Shown here: positions 10,687 through 20,613 of the stretch, in pieces
How positions within the stretch are numbered: position 1 is the stretch's first letter
Layout of the letters: each line of letters starts with the position of its first letter
Assembly (NCBI GenBank): GCA_963833985.1
Contig: CAWIAD010000001.1
Coordinates: 2,048,001-2,112,000 of the forward strand
Length of the DNA stretch: 64,000 bases
Source: an uncultured Planctomycetaceae bacterium
GTDB lineage: Bacteria > Planctomycetota > Planctomycetia > Isosphaerales > Isosphaeraceae
Direction: 5' to 3'
The notes under the pieces: generated by a model
Databases searched by the model: none
Seen by the model: the letters and a program-made list of their open reading frames with translations, nothing else
What the model was told of the DNA's origin: nothing
Translations under genes and position numbers: made by a program

Positions 10687-12357
10687 TCAAGCAGAGTGAA
10701 CCGGGACGGCGGACCGGTCCGATTCCCGGCTCGATCTCGACCACCGTTCCAGGGTGAATTTGAGAAGTGGCGGCGTGATCAGAGTCGTCAAGATCACCAT
10801 CAGTACCAGGGCCGAGTAGGTGCCCTCGTCGACGGCGCGATGCTCTCCTACGTAAAGTTGACGGCCCACCGCGGCGAAGATCAGCCCCACCTCGCCCCGG
10901 GGAATCATGCCCACGCCGACGGAGAGACGATCCAGCCCGGGTTCCAGGACTCCGAGTGCGCAGACCTGCTTGCCCAGCACACCGGCCGCAACCAGGACCG
11001 CTGCCAGGGCCAGGACCGACGGATCGGCGAAGCTGCGCAGGTCCACCTGCACGCCCATCATCACGAAGAAGATGGGGACCAGAAGATCGGCCAGGGGACG
11101 GATGAGCTCCTCGAGCTCGTGGCGGCCCGCCCGCTCGGCCAGCTCGCGATACTGCACCTTTTCAAGGATCAGGCCTGCTGCGAAGGCGCCCACAATGGGA
11201 GCGAGGCCCATCTGCGATGCCAGCCAAGAGAAGAAGAAGCAGATGGCCAGGGCCGACACGGTGAGGATGCCGCCTCCCTGCAAGAAGCTGGCGGCCTTGA
11301 ACACGCTGCGGCTGACGAACTGGCCAAGCCACAGCGCACCGCAAAGAAATCCCAGGGCCTTGATGAAGATCATGACCAGGGTGGCCGCGCCGATCCCTGA
11401 CGTCGGCTGGCCCGACGGCATGGCAAACGTCAGGATGATCGCCTGGACGACCGAGAGCACCATCAGCCCCAGGACGTCATCGATGACCGCTGCTCCGAGC
11501 ACGATCTGTGCTTCTCGGCTTGTCGACTTTCCCAGGTCGCGCAGTACGCGCGCCGTGATGCCCACACTGGTGGCACAGAGTGTGGCACCCAGGAACATGT
11601 GAACAGGCCAGCTTCGATCCGGGAGCAAGACGGCTCCAGCGCCCCAGCCCAGCAGCATCGGCGTGACGACTCCGAGCACGGCGACCAGGAAGGCCGAGGC
11701 ACCGACCCTTCGAAAATCAGCGAGGTTGGCCTCCAGGCCGACCTGAAACAGGAGCATGATGATGCCGATGCGCGCGAAATTGTCGATGCAGATACCGGCG
11801 AAGCGAAGGTGGTCGCTGACCGGAATGGGAAGCGACTGGGCATAGTCCACCTTCAGGAAGTCCAGCCCGTGGAAACCCAAAAGCGCAAGGTTGCCCAGGA
11901 TCACGCCGACCACCAGTTCTCCCAGGACCGGCGGCTGGCCGCAAACCTCGAAGAGATGACCTCCCACTTTCGCCGCCAGAATGATGACGATCATTCCCAG
12001 CAGGACCGGCGCAATCCGGTCGCCGTGGTCGGTGTCGCCGTGTTCAGCCTGGGAACCGCCGGCTTGCAAGGGGAAGGTCGGCCCGACCACGCTGCCGCGG
12101 CTGGGAGCCGCAAGTTCGGGAGTGCTGGCTCCGGCCCGGCAGGCAGCCATGCCAACGAGGAGCACCGCACCCAGGACGATCAGCCGCATTCGCAAGGGCT
12201 CCCGCAAACGATCAAGCCGCCCCGCGGCTCTGGACGTCGCTTCGCCTCCCGGACGCCGGGAATCGGACAGAGCGAACTGGCTCATCAAAGGGCAGAGTTC
12301 ATGATCGCTCATGATGCGGCTCATCTCGCGGTGATCGGTCCACGCCGGGGCCCGCAC
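10687..12357 (-). CDS. Cation:proton antiporter (CPA2, NapA/GerN-like)
   Basis: About 12 TM segments with QPPVLGELVVG, LLFQVGLE, ATSVGITARVL, GAAVIDD, VGAFAAGL and GMIPRGEVGLIFA. The true start may be further downstream (12324-12189). Confidence 0.92.
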   Translation of the reverse strand: MRAPAWTDHREMSRIMSDHELCPLMSQFALSDSRRPGGEATSRAAGRLDRLREPLRMRLIVLGAVLLVGMAACRAGASTPELAAPSRGSVVGPTFPLQAGGSQAEHGDTDHGDRIAPVLLGMIVIILAAKVGGHLFEVCGQPPVLGELVVGVILGNLALLGFHGLDFLKVDYAQSLPIPVSDHLRFAGICIDNFARIGIIMLLFQVGLEANLADFRRVGASAFLVAVLGVVTPMLLGWGAGAVLLPDRSWPVHMFLGATLCATSVGITARVLRDLGKSTSREAQIVLGAAVIDDVLGLMVLSVVQAIILTFAMPSGQPTSGIGAATLVMIFIKALGFLCGALWLGQFVSRSVFKAASFLQGGGILTVSALAICFFFSWLASQMGLAPIVGAFAAGLILEKVQYRELAERAGRHELEELIRPLADLLVPIFFVMMGVQVDLRSFADPSVLALAAVLVAAGVLGKQVCALGVLEPGLDRLSVGVGMIPRGEVGLIFAAVGRQLYVGEHRAVDEGTYSALVLMVILTTLITPPLLKFTLERWSRSSRESDRSAVPVHSA

Positions 12358-12392
12358 TGCGCCGGGGACGGCGTTTCACCATGAACGGCTCG

Positions 12393-12740
12393 TCAGATCG
12401 CATCCGACCCCCGCTCTCCCGTCCGGATACGGATGCACTCTTCCAGCGGCAGAACGAAGATCTTGCCGTCTCCGATCTTGCCGTCAGGTTCAGTGCGGCC
12501 GCCCTTGACGATGGCGCTGATGGTGGGCTCCACGAATTCGTCGTTCACGGCAATCTCGATCTGGACCTTCTTGAGCAGGTTCACCTTGATCTCGGTACCA
12601 CGATAGAGTTCGGTGTACCCGAGCTGACGGCCGAATCCCTGCACGTCGGCCACGGTCAACCGGAAGACCTGCACCGCGGTCAGGGCCTGCTGGACGGCCT
12701 CCAGCGTTTCAGGCTGAATGATGGCAATGATCAATTTCAT
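12393..12740 (-). CDS. glnB: P-II family nitrogen regulatory protein (GlnB/GlnK)
   Basis: MKLIIAIIQP, T-loop GFGRQLGYTELYRG and IGDGKIFV...IRIRTGE signature. Confidence 0.95.
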   Translation of the reverse strand: MKLIIAIIQPETLEAVQQALTAVQVFRLTVADVQGFGRQLGYTELYRGTEIKVNLLKKVQIEIAVNDEFVEPTISAIVKGGRTEPDGKIGDGKIFVLPLEECIRIRTGERGSDAI

Positions 12741-13604
12741 GAGGACAAGACGCTCCGAAAGTCGCGGGTAAGCCGCTTCACGTGCCCGCGGCGAGCTCTC
12801 ATCCCGAGTGCCGGGTCCTGTAGCTTGATCACCCGGGGGAAGAACCGGCCTGGATCACGATGAAGCTTGACACAATAAGGATACGAAAGAAACGTTTTGC
12901 CCGCATGCCGTGTCGCGGGCGCTGCTCGGCGAGGTCGGGTCACCTGCACAGGGGAGACCCCAACGCATGAGTCGCGACGAGCGTGGTCGGGAGGGGCTCC
13001 TGGCATGATGAAGAAAATCACAGACTGCAACAACCGCGCCGAGACGGATGGAAACAATGGAATCCCGCCCAGACCGCAATCAGCGGTCCTGGCAACTGGG
13101 CCACGACGCATGATCCGCGGCCCGGTGCGCAAGCTCTCGTGGGCTGGGCATTGGCTTCTGTTAGTTTGTAAATGCGATCATTCGTTAATAATGGCAATGC
13201 GACGCAGGCACAGGCTCAGCGTGGGCAGTCAGAATGGCGGATTCGGCGGCACGGGGCTGGACCGTGCGGACGTGCCGTCGGACTTCGCGACCAGGGTTCC
13301 GCGATGCCGCGTGGTGACGGCAGGAGGTTGTCGAGCGACGGTTCACGTCAGCCAATCTTGATCGATCGGCCTTCCCGAAATGGCCTCCCTTGCGTGTTCT
13401 CGTTGCGGATCGTGCTTCCTCCCACCGCCTACGCCGAAGGGTCTGACCGCTCACATCACGGTCATTGCTGCCTGCGATCAAGGCAGGCAAGTCCTGCAAC
13501 GACGGTATCCGGTTCCGATCCTGCTCTCGGTTGCTATTTGTAAGTGCTTGGCGGGGAGAGGCTTGCTGTTGACTCTCGAAGATTTTCTGGTCTGCATCCC
13601 GAAC

Positions 13605-13620
13605 TGGCACGCCGTTTCCT
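13605..13620 (+). promoter_or_regulatory. Possible sigma-54 promoter of amt
   Basis: TGGCACGCCGTTTCCT has a perfect -24 box (TGGCACG), but the -12 box reads TTCCT rather than TTGCT. An IHF-like core TAAGTGCTTG lies at 13541-13550. Confidence 0.35.
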
Positions 13621-13775
13621 AATCGATGCTCAGAATTGATGTCCCGCCGAATATGCCCTCTCTCTCCCGGAATCCTGTCCCGGAGACCGCACCTCAAAGG
13701 CGAGCGAGTGACGGCCACCGGGGAGATCTGCGAGCAGTTCGGTCGCTGAGTCGTATCATTGGAGAACCATGCAAC

Positions 13776-15506
13776 ATGCGTGAAACCTCACGACGATCGC
13801 TCGTCTTGCTCTCGGCGCTGGCAACGGTCACGCTGGGTTCCTTCCTCTGGGGGTTGAGCACGGTACGTGCCCAGGCGCCGGAGCCTGCACCCGCGGCCGC
13901 ACCGGCCGCGGCACCCGCGCCAGTCCTTGATGTGACCAAGCCAGCCGCGGCCGCCGACCCCAACGGCGGATACACCGGCGCCGGCACCTCTGGTGCCTTG
14001 ACGCTTGACAATGGCAAGGCCACGCCGGAGACCGTCACGAAGGACGTGGCGCTGCTCAAGATCAATGGCAACATGATATGGGCCCTGATCGCCGGTTTCC
14101 TCGTCATGTTTATGCAAGCGGGATTTGCCCTGGTCGAGACCGGGCTCACGCGCGCCAAGAACGTGGCTCACACCATGGCGATGAATATTGCCATCTATGG
14201 CATCGGAATGCTGGGTTATTTCATCTGCGGGTTTGCGTTGCAGATGGGCGGAGTGGGGCCAATCGCCTACTTCAACGGCCCGGACGTGCTGCACAACATG
14301 GTCAAGTTCGAGCTTTTCGGCAAGCCCTTCGAGGTCCTTGGCTACACCGGGTTCTTCCTGGGCGGCGAAGCGAACGATATGTCGGTCCTGACCATGTTCC
14401 TCTTCCAGATGGTCTTCATGGACACCGCGGCGACCATTCCCACCGGTGCCATGGCGGAGCGCTGGAAGTTCTCGGCATTCATGGTCTACGGCTTTTTCCT
14501 GTCGATGCTCATCTACCCCGTGTATGCCTGCTGGGTGTGGGGCGGCGGATGGCTGGCCGACCTGGGTGTCAATTTCGGGCTGGGCAACGGCCATATCGAC
14601 TTCGCCGGGTCATCCGTGGTGCACATGACCGGCGGCGTCACTGCGCTGGCCGGAGCCATCGTGCTCGGCCCCCGTATCGGGAAGTTCAACAAGGATGGCT
14701 CGGCCAACGCCATCCCCGGCCACAGCATTCCGATGGTCGTACTCGGGACCCTGATCCTGGCATTCGGCTGGTTCGGTTTCAACGGCGGCAGCACGCTGGC
14801 GCTGACTGACGGCCGCACGGCCAGTGTCTGCGTCTGCACCATGCTGGCCTCGGCCGCCGGTTTCATGACGGCCATGCTCTACATGTGGTTCGTCTTCGGC
14901 AAGCCCGACCCGACAATGGGATGCAATGGGATGCTGGCCGGCCTGGTGGCCATCACGGCCCCGTGTGCGTTCGTGAACCCGCTCGGTGCCACGATCATCG
15001 GTGCCATCGCCGGTGTCCTCGTCATCTGGAGCGTGCTCTTCGTGGAACGAGTCCTCAAGGTGGACGACCCCGTCGGCGCTGTCAGCGTCCACGGCGCCTG
15101 CGGGGCATTTGGCTGCCTCTGCATCGGCCTCTTCGCCGACGGCAAGTATGGAGCCGGCTGGAATGGCGTGGCCGACAAGACCCCACTGGGACTCTTCTAC
15201 GGAGGCGGTCTCCAGCAGCTTGCGGCGGAAGCCATCGGTGTGGCAGCAAACTTTCTCTGGGTCTTCCCGGTTGCCTTCCTCTGCTTCATGATCGTTGAAA
15301 AGACCATGGGCAATCGGGTCAGCGCCAGGGACGAGATCCAGGGGCTCGACATTCCGGAAATGGGGATTCTCGGTTACATCAACGAGGATCCGGTCGTTGT
15401 TCAGAATGCCGGGCAGGAGCATCTGGACACACACGGGCCCGGCGTTCCCAGGAAAGGCGGGCCTTCCGCCAATGCGCATGTCAAGGTGCCCGTGCACCAT
15501 TCGTGA
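13776..15506 (+). CDS. amt: Ammonium transporter (Amt family)
   Basis: FMQAGFALVETG, FQMVF, GAMAER, DFAGSSVVH, FGWFGFNGGS, LAGLVAITAPC and DDPVGAVSVHG; both pore histidines are present. GGAG upstream of ATG 13776. Confidence 0.97.
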   Translation: MRETSRRSLVLLSALATVTLGSFLWGLSTVRAQAPEPAPAAAPAAAPAPVLDVTKPAAAADPNGGYTGAGTSGALTLDNGKATPETVTKDVALLKINGNMIWALIAGFLVMFMQAGFALVETGLTRAKNVAHTMAMNIAIYGIGMLGYFICGFALQMGGVGPIAYFNGPDVLHNMVKFELFGKPFEVLGYTGFFLGGEANDMSVLTMFLFQMVFMDTAATIPTGAMAERWKFSAFMVYGFFLSMLIYPVYACWVWGGGWLADLGVNFGLGNGHIDFAGSSVVHMTGGVTALAGAIVLGPRIGKFNKDGSANAIPGHSIPMVVLGTLILAFGWFGFNGGSTLALTDGRTASVCVCTMLASAAGFMTAMLYMWFVFGKPDPTMGCNGMLAGLVAITAPCAFVNPLGATIIGAIAGVLVIWSVLFVERVLKVDDPVGAVSVHGACGAFGCLCIGLFADGKYGAGWNGVADKTPLGLFYGGGLQQLAAEAIGVAANFLWVFPVAFLCFMIVEKTMGNRVSARDEIQGLDIPEMGILGYINEDPVVVQNAGQEHLDTHGPGVPRKGGPSANAHVKVPVHHS

Positions 15507-15554
15507 TGTTGATGGCACGAAGGGACCCGATGTCGGCCTGGCGAGTGGAATAGT

Positions 15555-16811
15555 TCACCTGGAACCGCGGCGGATGGCCTCCATGGGCCTGAGCCGCGAG
15601 GCCCGCCAGGCCGGGTAGAGGCCGCCGAGTGCTCCCAGAGCGGCGGCCATCTCCAGCCCCATTTGCCAGTGCCTCGGCGTGAGCGACAGCCGCAGACCGT
15701 GGTCAAGAAAGTGGTTTGCGACAAGCCCCAGGATCAGGGAATCAAGACAGCCAATCGCCCCGGCCACCAGACCCAGGCTGATGCTCTCGAAGAGCACCAG
15801 CCTGAGTACATCTCCGCGCGACCAGCCATTCGCCCGCAAGATGCCGAACTCGGCGATCCGCTCCGTGGTGCTCATCACCATGGTATTGAGAGTTCCCACG
15901 GCGCCCGCCAGCAGGGCCAGGCCTACCATCCAGAGCAGCAGTTCGTCTCCTTGGCCGATCGCGCGTCCGAGCACGGATCGGAACTCCGCCATCGTCCTCG
16001 CATCAACCCCGGGCACCCTGCTCTCGACCTGCGCGGCGATGGTTTCGGTCGATGCTGGATCCCCGGGTTCGACGAGGAAGCAGGAAACCGTCTTGTCGTC
16101 AAGCTGCAACAAGCGCCGGGCCGTGTGAATGTCCATGACGATGGTATTGTCCAGGAGCAAAGAGCCCGTCTCGTAAAGGCCGACGATCGTGAACCGAGAT
16201 CCGCCGATCACGAGCGCATCGCCCACGCGGCGTGGACGGCCGCTGTCGGCGGCGAAATCCCGGGCCAGCTTCGTGCTGATCACGATGCGCGGCAGGCCTT
16301 CATCGCCTGGGGCAAGAAAGCGCCCTCCTTCGCGCTCAGAGATCAGCATCCCGTCGCGGTATGGCTCACGGGTGAGCCTGGCATGCGCAGCGAGGTCCTG
16401 CCCCTCGATCTGGACCAGGTTGAGGATCCCCTGGAGTGATGGCTGACGTTGCCCGCTCTGCTCATCAGCGGTCGACCTTCGGAACAGGCTTCTGCCTTCA
16501 ATGGAGGGAGCGAGCTTCCAGATCTGTGGCGCCACCACGCGAACACCCGGAACGCGGCGGAGCGGCCCGGCCAGGTCCGCCGGCAAGTCGCTGAAGACAT
16601 CGCTGGGCGCGCCCTTGCGGAGGACCAGGATGCCGTCGACCTGGCTCAGGGTCGCATCGAGCAGCCCGCGGATCCCTTGGGAGAGACTGCAAAGCCCGAG
16701 GACCCCGACGACGGGGATGGACAGCCCGGCAATGGCCAGGCACGAACGCACCGGCCGGGAGCGCAACTGGCGCAGGGCGAACGCAAAGAGGCTCAAGTGT
16801 GCGATTCGCAA
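15555..16811 (-). CDS. ABC transporter permease (MacB/FtsX/LolE-like)
   Basis: N-terminal TM, large periplasmic domain, NTMVMSTTERIAEFGILRANGW and LYPAWRASRLRPMEAIR. Confidence 0.9.
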   Translation of the reverse strand: MRIAHLSLFAFALRQLRSRPVRSCLAIAGLSIPVVGVLGLCSLSQGIRGLLDATLSQVDGILVLRKGAPSDVFSDLPADLAGPLRRVPGVRVVAPQIWKLAPSIEGRSLFRRSTADEQSGQRQPSLQGILNLVQIEGQDLAAHARLTREPYRDGMLISEREGGRFLAPGDEGLPRIVISTKLARDFAADSGRPRRVGDALVIGGSRFTIVGLYETGSLLLDNTIVMDIHTARRLLQLDDKTVSCFLVEPGDPASTETIAAQVESRVPGVDARTMAEFRSVLGRAIGQGDELLLWMVGLALLAGAVGTLNTMVMSTTERIAEFGILRANGWSRGDVLRLVLFESISLGLVAGAIGCLDSLILGLVANHFLDHGLRLSLTPRHWQMGLEMAAALGALGGLYPAWRASRLRPMEAIRRGSR

Positions 16812-16814
16812 GGC

Positions 16815-18710
16815 TCAGGCCCGTCCTGGCCTGCCCCGCCGAACTGCCGCGTGCCGGCTGAAATGGGAACTCGTTGCTGCCGGCTGCGGGACGCTCGGCG
16901 TGAGGCGGTAATGGAAAACGGTGGCGACGTAATTGCTGCCCGCCTGGCCGGTATTGAGGCCGTCGAGGGCAACCCCTTGCTGGTTCATCACCGCGCCGGG
17001 TCCCTGGCCGATGATCTCCAATCTGTAGTATCGGTGAAAGTTCACCCGGAACTTGGTTGTGAGGGTGACCGAATTGGTGCCGGGGTCATAGCTTGCCAGA
17101 GCAATCGGATCGCGCCGGCCGGCAGGCCCGAGCATGACGTAACCGTTGACGTTCTCAACAGCCGACGGGTCCATCGGGCCGCTGTAGGTCAGCACGAAGG
17201 TGCTCGGATGGTCGTGCACCCCCACTCGGCGGCCGGAGACGACCGTTGGCGGGTCAGGCGCCGGGCTCGATTGCCCTGGGGGCTGAGTGGGCGTGGTCGA
17301 GCCGGCTGGCAGGCTGATGCTGAAGGGTACCGTCCCCAGTGCGACATTGTGCGTGAGGTCGACAAAGCTCGCGTTGAGATTTCCGGCAAAGGGGATGGAG
17401 CCGACCTTCAGCGTGACGTCGAAGGTGGCCGTACCACCGGGGCCAACACCGGTGACGAAGGGATAACTGGTCGAAAACGTGAGGCCGGCGGGCAGACCGG
17501 CCGAACTCAGGCCGATCGTGACCGGCTGCGTGGCAACGGTTTTGATGGAGCTCGCGATCGACTGCACCAGGGCGCTGCCGGTATCCAGGCTGTTCAGCAC
17601 GATCGGCTGGCCGGCTGTGTCCACCGCGCCGGTCAGCCGGGCGATGGCCGAGAAGAAGCCGCTCGGTGCCGTCGCAGGAAGGGAGGAGCTCGTCGCGGCC
17701 GCGTTCGGTCCCATGCCGATGACCTGGATGCCCAGGGCACCCAGCGCGCTGACCGTTTCCTGGACCGTGGCGCCGCCCAGCGGCACGACCGCCGGCTGCG
17801 GCCCCGTACCTGGCCCGCCCACGACCGTGCTCACGAAGCCGACACGGCCGCTGGTCGATTCGAGCGCGGTCGCGGGCACGCTCACGCCTCCCACTCCGGT
17901 GATGGTCGCGGGAATGCTGGAGCCGGCGAACGCCGCGACCGGCGCAGTATCCGTGGCGAGCAGGACAATATGTTGCGCGTCCGGCCGCCAGCCCATGCCG
18001 CCGAGCGAGCCCGAGGCGACGGCGACGTTGGAAGAGAACGGTGGGACGTCACCGCTGGGGCCAGGAGTCGTCGCCGTGCTGTTCAGCCCGGCTGGACCGC
18101 TGTCAAGCTTCGAACCATTGCCGTTGCCGTCGAATCCCAGACCGGTGGCCATCTGGTAGAGGGCCTGGAAATCGGGCTCGGGGATGTCTCCGCCGTCGCC
18201 TGCGCCAGTCTCGCTCAGGGCGCTGGCCATGAGCGCATTGAGGGTGGTTCCGTGTGCTGTCGCGGTGGCCGACGTGACGATTGGCTGATCGAGCGTGAAC
18301 GGCCGCGCCTGGAGAGTGTCTTGCGAAAAGTAGGTGCCCGGTCCGCCGTAGTCCGCCATCCTGGCCACACCGAAGCCGAAGTCAACCCCCGGAAGGGCCG
18401 CTTGCAGGGCACCCACCAGGCTCTTGAATTCCTGCTCAATGGTCTGGGCAAACTGGACGAAGCTGCCCGTGTCGTCGATCAGCAAGGCGATGTCGACCTT
18501 GTCAGACACGGCCGCCGGCGGCAGCGTGATGGAAAGTGGCAACGTCTGGGTTTTCGAGAGATCGAGAGCCGATCCCACTCCCAGGCTGACCGATGTCGGG
18601 TTCATGGTGCTGAGCTGCACACGCTCTTCAAGTCGGTCGAGAAGGGGAGACCGGCGGTTGCGGTTCAAACACCGCTTCTCGGCACGGGCAAACGGGAACA
18701 CGCGTCGCAT
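16815..18710 (-). CDS. Secreted vWA-domain protein with planctomycete extracellular leader
   Basis: Arg-rich N-terminus with LDRLEERVQLS (LEPRxLL-type), MIDAS-like LLIDDTGS, GGDIPE, GWRPDAQHIVLLATD, a Pro linker and a C-terminal beta domain ending ALDG...GSNY. Confidence 0.75.
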   Translation of the reverse strand: MRRVFPFARAEKRCLNRNRRSPLLDRLEERVQLSTMNPTSVSLGVGSALDLSKTQTLPLSITLPPAAVSDKVDIALLIDDTGSFVQFAQTIEQEFKSLVGALQAALPGVDFGFGVARMADYGGPGTYFSQDTLQARPFTLDQPIVTSATATAHGTTLNALMASALSETGAGDGGDIPEPDFQALYQMATGLGFDGNGNGSKLDSGPAGLNSTATTPGPSGDVPPFSSNVAVASGSLGGMGWRPDAQHIVLLATDTAPVAAFAGSSIPATITGVGGVSVPATALESTSGRVGFVSTVVGGPGTGPQPAVVPLGGATVQETVSALGALGIQVIGMGPNAAATSSSLPATAPSGFFSAIARLTGAVDTAGQPIVLNSLDTGSALVQSIASSIKTVATQPVTIGLSSAGLPAGLTFSTSYPFVTGVGPGGTATFDVTLKVGSIPFAGNLNASFVDLTHNVALGTVPFSISLPAGSTTPTQPPGQSSPAPDPPTVVSGRRVGVHDHPSTFVLTYSGPMDPSAVENVNGYVMLGPAGRRDPIALASYDPGTNSVTLTTKFRVNFHRYYRLEIIGQGPGAVMNQQGVALDGLNTGQAGSNYVATVFHYRLTPSVPQPAATSSHFSRHAAVRRGRPGRA

Positions 18711-19160
18711 GATTCTGGACCTTTCATGGAAACCGAGCCCTCCACGCGGATGCTCCGCACCATCACTTCGCCGATTCCTCCTGGTCGTGCCGGTGACCGC
18801 GAGCACCCGATCGAACGCGACACTTCATACAATCCCTGACCGCGAGCTGACATTCAAGCATGTGAATCACGGCAATGACGGCAAAACGGTCCTCCTGGAG
18901 TTTACACGACGCGGAAAAAAAGTGGGCAGGTCAGCGCATATTCTTGACGGTATCGGCGTCAGGGGTCCGGCTCGGCGCGCGTTGCTGTGCCCTGGCGGCA
19001 TGAGCGGAAATCAGCGGATGGTGATCACGGCGGTCTCCCGGGGAGGTATCTCCGTCTCCCGGCGCCGGCGTACCGTCCCACTTGAGAGACTATGCAGCAC
19101 GCCCGTGAATTCAAGCCGCGCATCCCGCACAATTGACAGACCCGCGGGAGATTCGTCAAC

Positions 19161-20613
19161 ATGATCCGATCGGCGTTTGCTTTCGTCAACGCGCGGCACA
19201 AGGCCATGCTCAACTGGCGACCGAGGTGGAACTGGCGTCGGCGGCTGAGACTGAGCGTCCGGCTCAGCCTCCTGGTGGTGCTGATCCTGGCGGTGGCACT
19301 GGCGCCACTGGTGAACCGTGCGTCCAGCCGGCGGATTGCGACGCGTGCCATCCGGCGCAGGCGGTCAGGTCGTCGTGGACCCGGGGTGGGCAAGCCAGTG
19401 GGTACCAGCCCGGCTCCGAAGCCTGCTCGGCGACGAATACTTTGATGAAGTGACCAGAGTCAACTTCCAGGCCTCACCCAACGTCTCCAGCGAATCGCTG
19501 CGGGCGCTCCCTCGGGTCGGCACGCTGACGCAACTGGACTTGCAGGGTTCATCACTGGACGACCGCACCCTGGCCGACTTGAAGGAACTGCGCGAGCTCC
19601 GCGTCCTGCACCTTGGGGACTGCGACATCGGCGGCTCCGGACTGTCCCCCCTGAAATCCCTCACCCGCATCGAGGATCTCTCGCTCTCGAATACCAGCAT
19701 CACCGATGACGCCCTCGAAGAGCTGAGCGGGCTGGCGAGCCTGCGTACGCTCGACCTCAGCGACACCGCGATCAGCGACCGCGGGCTGCGGCCCCTGGCC
19801 GCGCTCGAACAGTTGCAATCGCTCAACCTGGCCGGTACGCGCGTGACCGGGGCCGGACTGGCCCACCTGAAAACGCTGCACAACCTCACCACCTTGAACC
19901 TGGATGGCACGAAGGTCGACGACCCGGGGCTGAGCCAGCTTCCGGAGTGGCCGATGCTTGGATCGCTGAACCTCGCGGGAACGCGCGTTCGTGGAGAAGG
20001 ACTTCGTGCCCTGGAGCGGTTACCGGTCCTGGCGGAGCTCGATCTTTCCGGAACAGGCGTCGGCGACGAGGGAATCGCACACCTTACCAGACTCTCGACC
20101 TTGACGAGCCTGTCGCTCGACTCCACGCGGATCACCGATGCCGGGATGCCAGCGCTGAGCCCGCTGGCACAGCTGCGGGCCCTCAGCCTGGACGGCACTC
20201 TGGTGGGCGATCAGGGCCTGGCCGCGCTGGAGCTGGTGGGGACTGCCCCGTCGCCCCTCGCGGCCCTGTCGTTGAACAACACCAGGGTGACCGACGCCGG
20301 ACTGGCTCACCTCAAGCGCTTCACCGCACTCCAGTATCTCGGGCTCCATCACACCCGCGTGGGAGATGCCGGCGTATCGCACCTGTACGTTCTGGGCAGC
20401 CTGAAGACGCTCGACCTCGGCGGCACGAGCCTCGGAGACGAAGGGCTTCTCGGCCTCTCCAGCCTGGCCGCGTTGAAGTCGCTCGATGTGGCCGGAACCC
20501 GTGTCAGTCCGCTGGCTGCTCAGCAGTTAAGCCAGCTCCGGCCTGATATAGACCTGAGCTTACCCTACGCAGCACCGATGCTCCGGGACGGCAAGCACCG
20601 GAAGCCGGATTGA
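19161..20613 (+). CDS. Membrane-anchored leucine-rich repeat protein (apparent frameshift ~19355)
   Basis: ORF 19161 gives the LRLSVRLSLLVVLILAVALA anchor. ORF 19318-20613 gives about 14 24-aa LRRs (LxxLxLxxTxVxDxGLxxL). The frames join at ...RAIR/AGGQV. Confidence 0.85.

Noticed and set aside
19480..20530. 72-bp periodicity resembling a repeat array
   Set aside because: Explained by 24-aa LRR coding units; there is no identical repeat-spacer structure and no cas gene, so it is not CRISPR.
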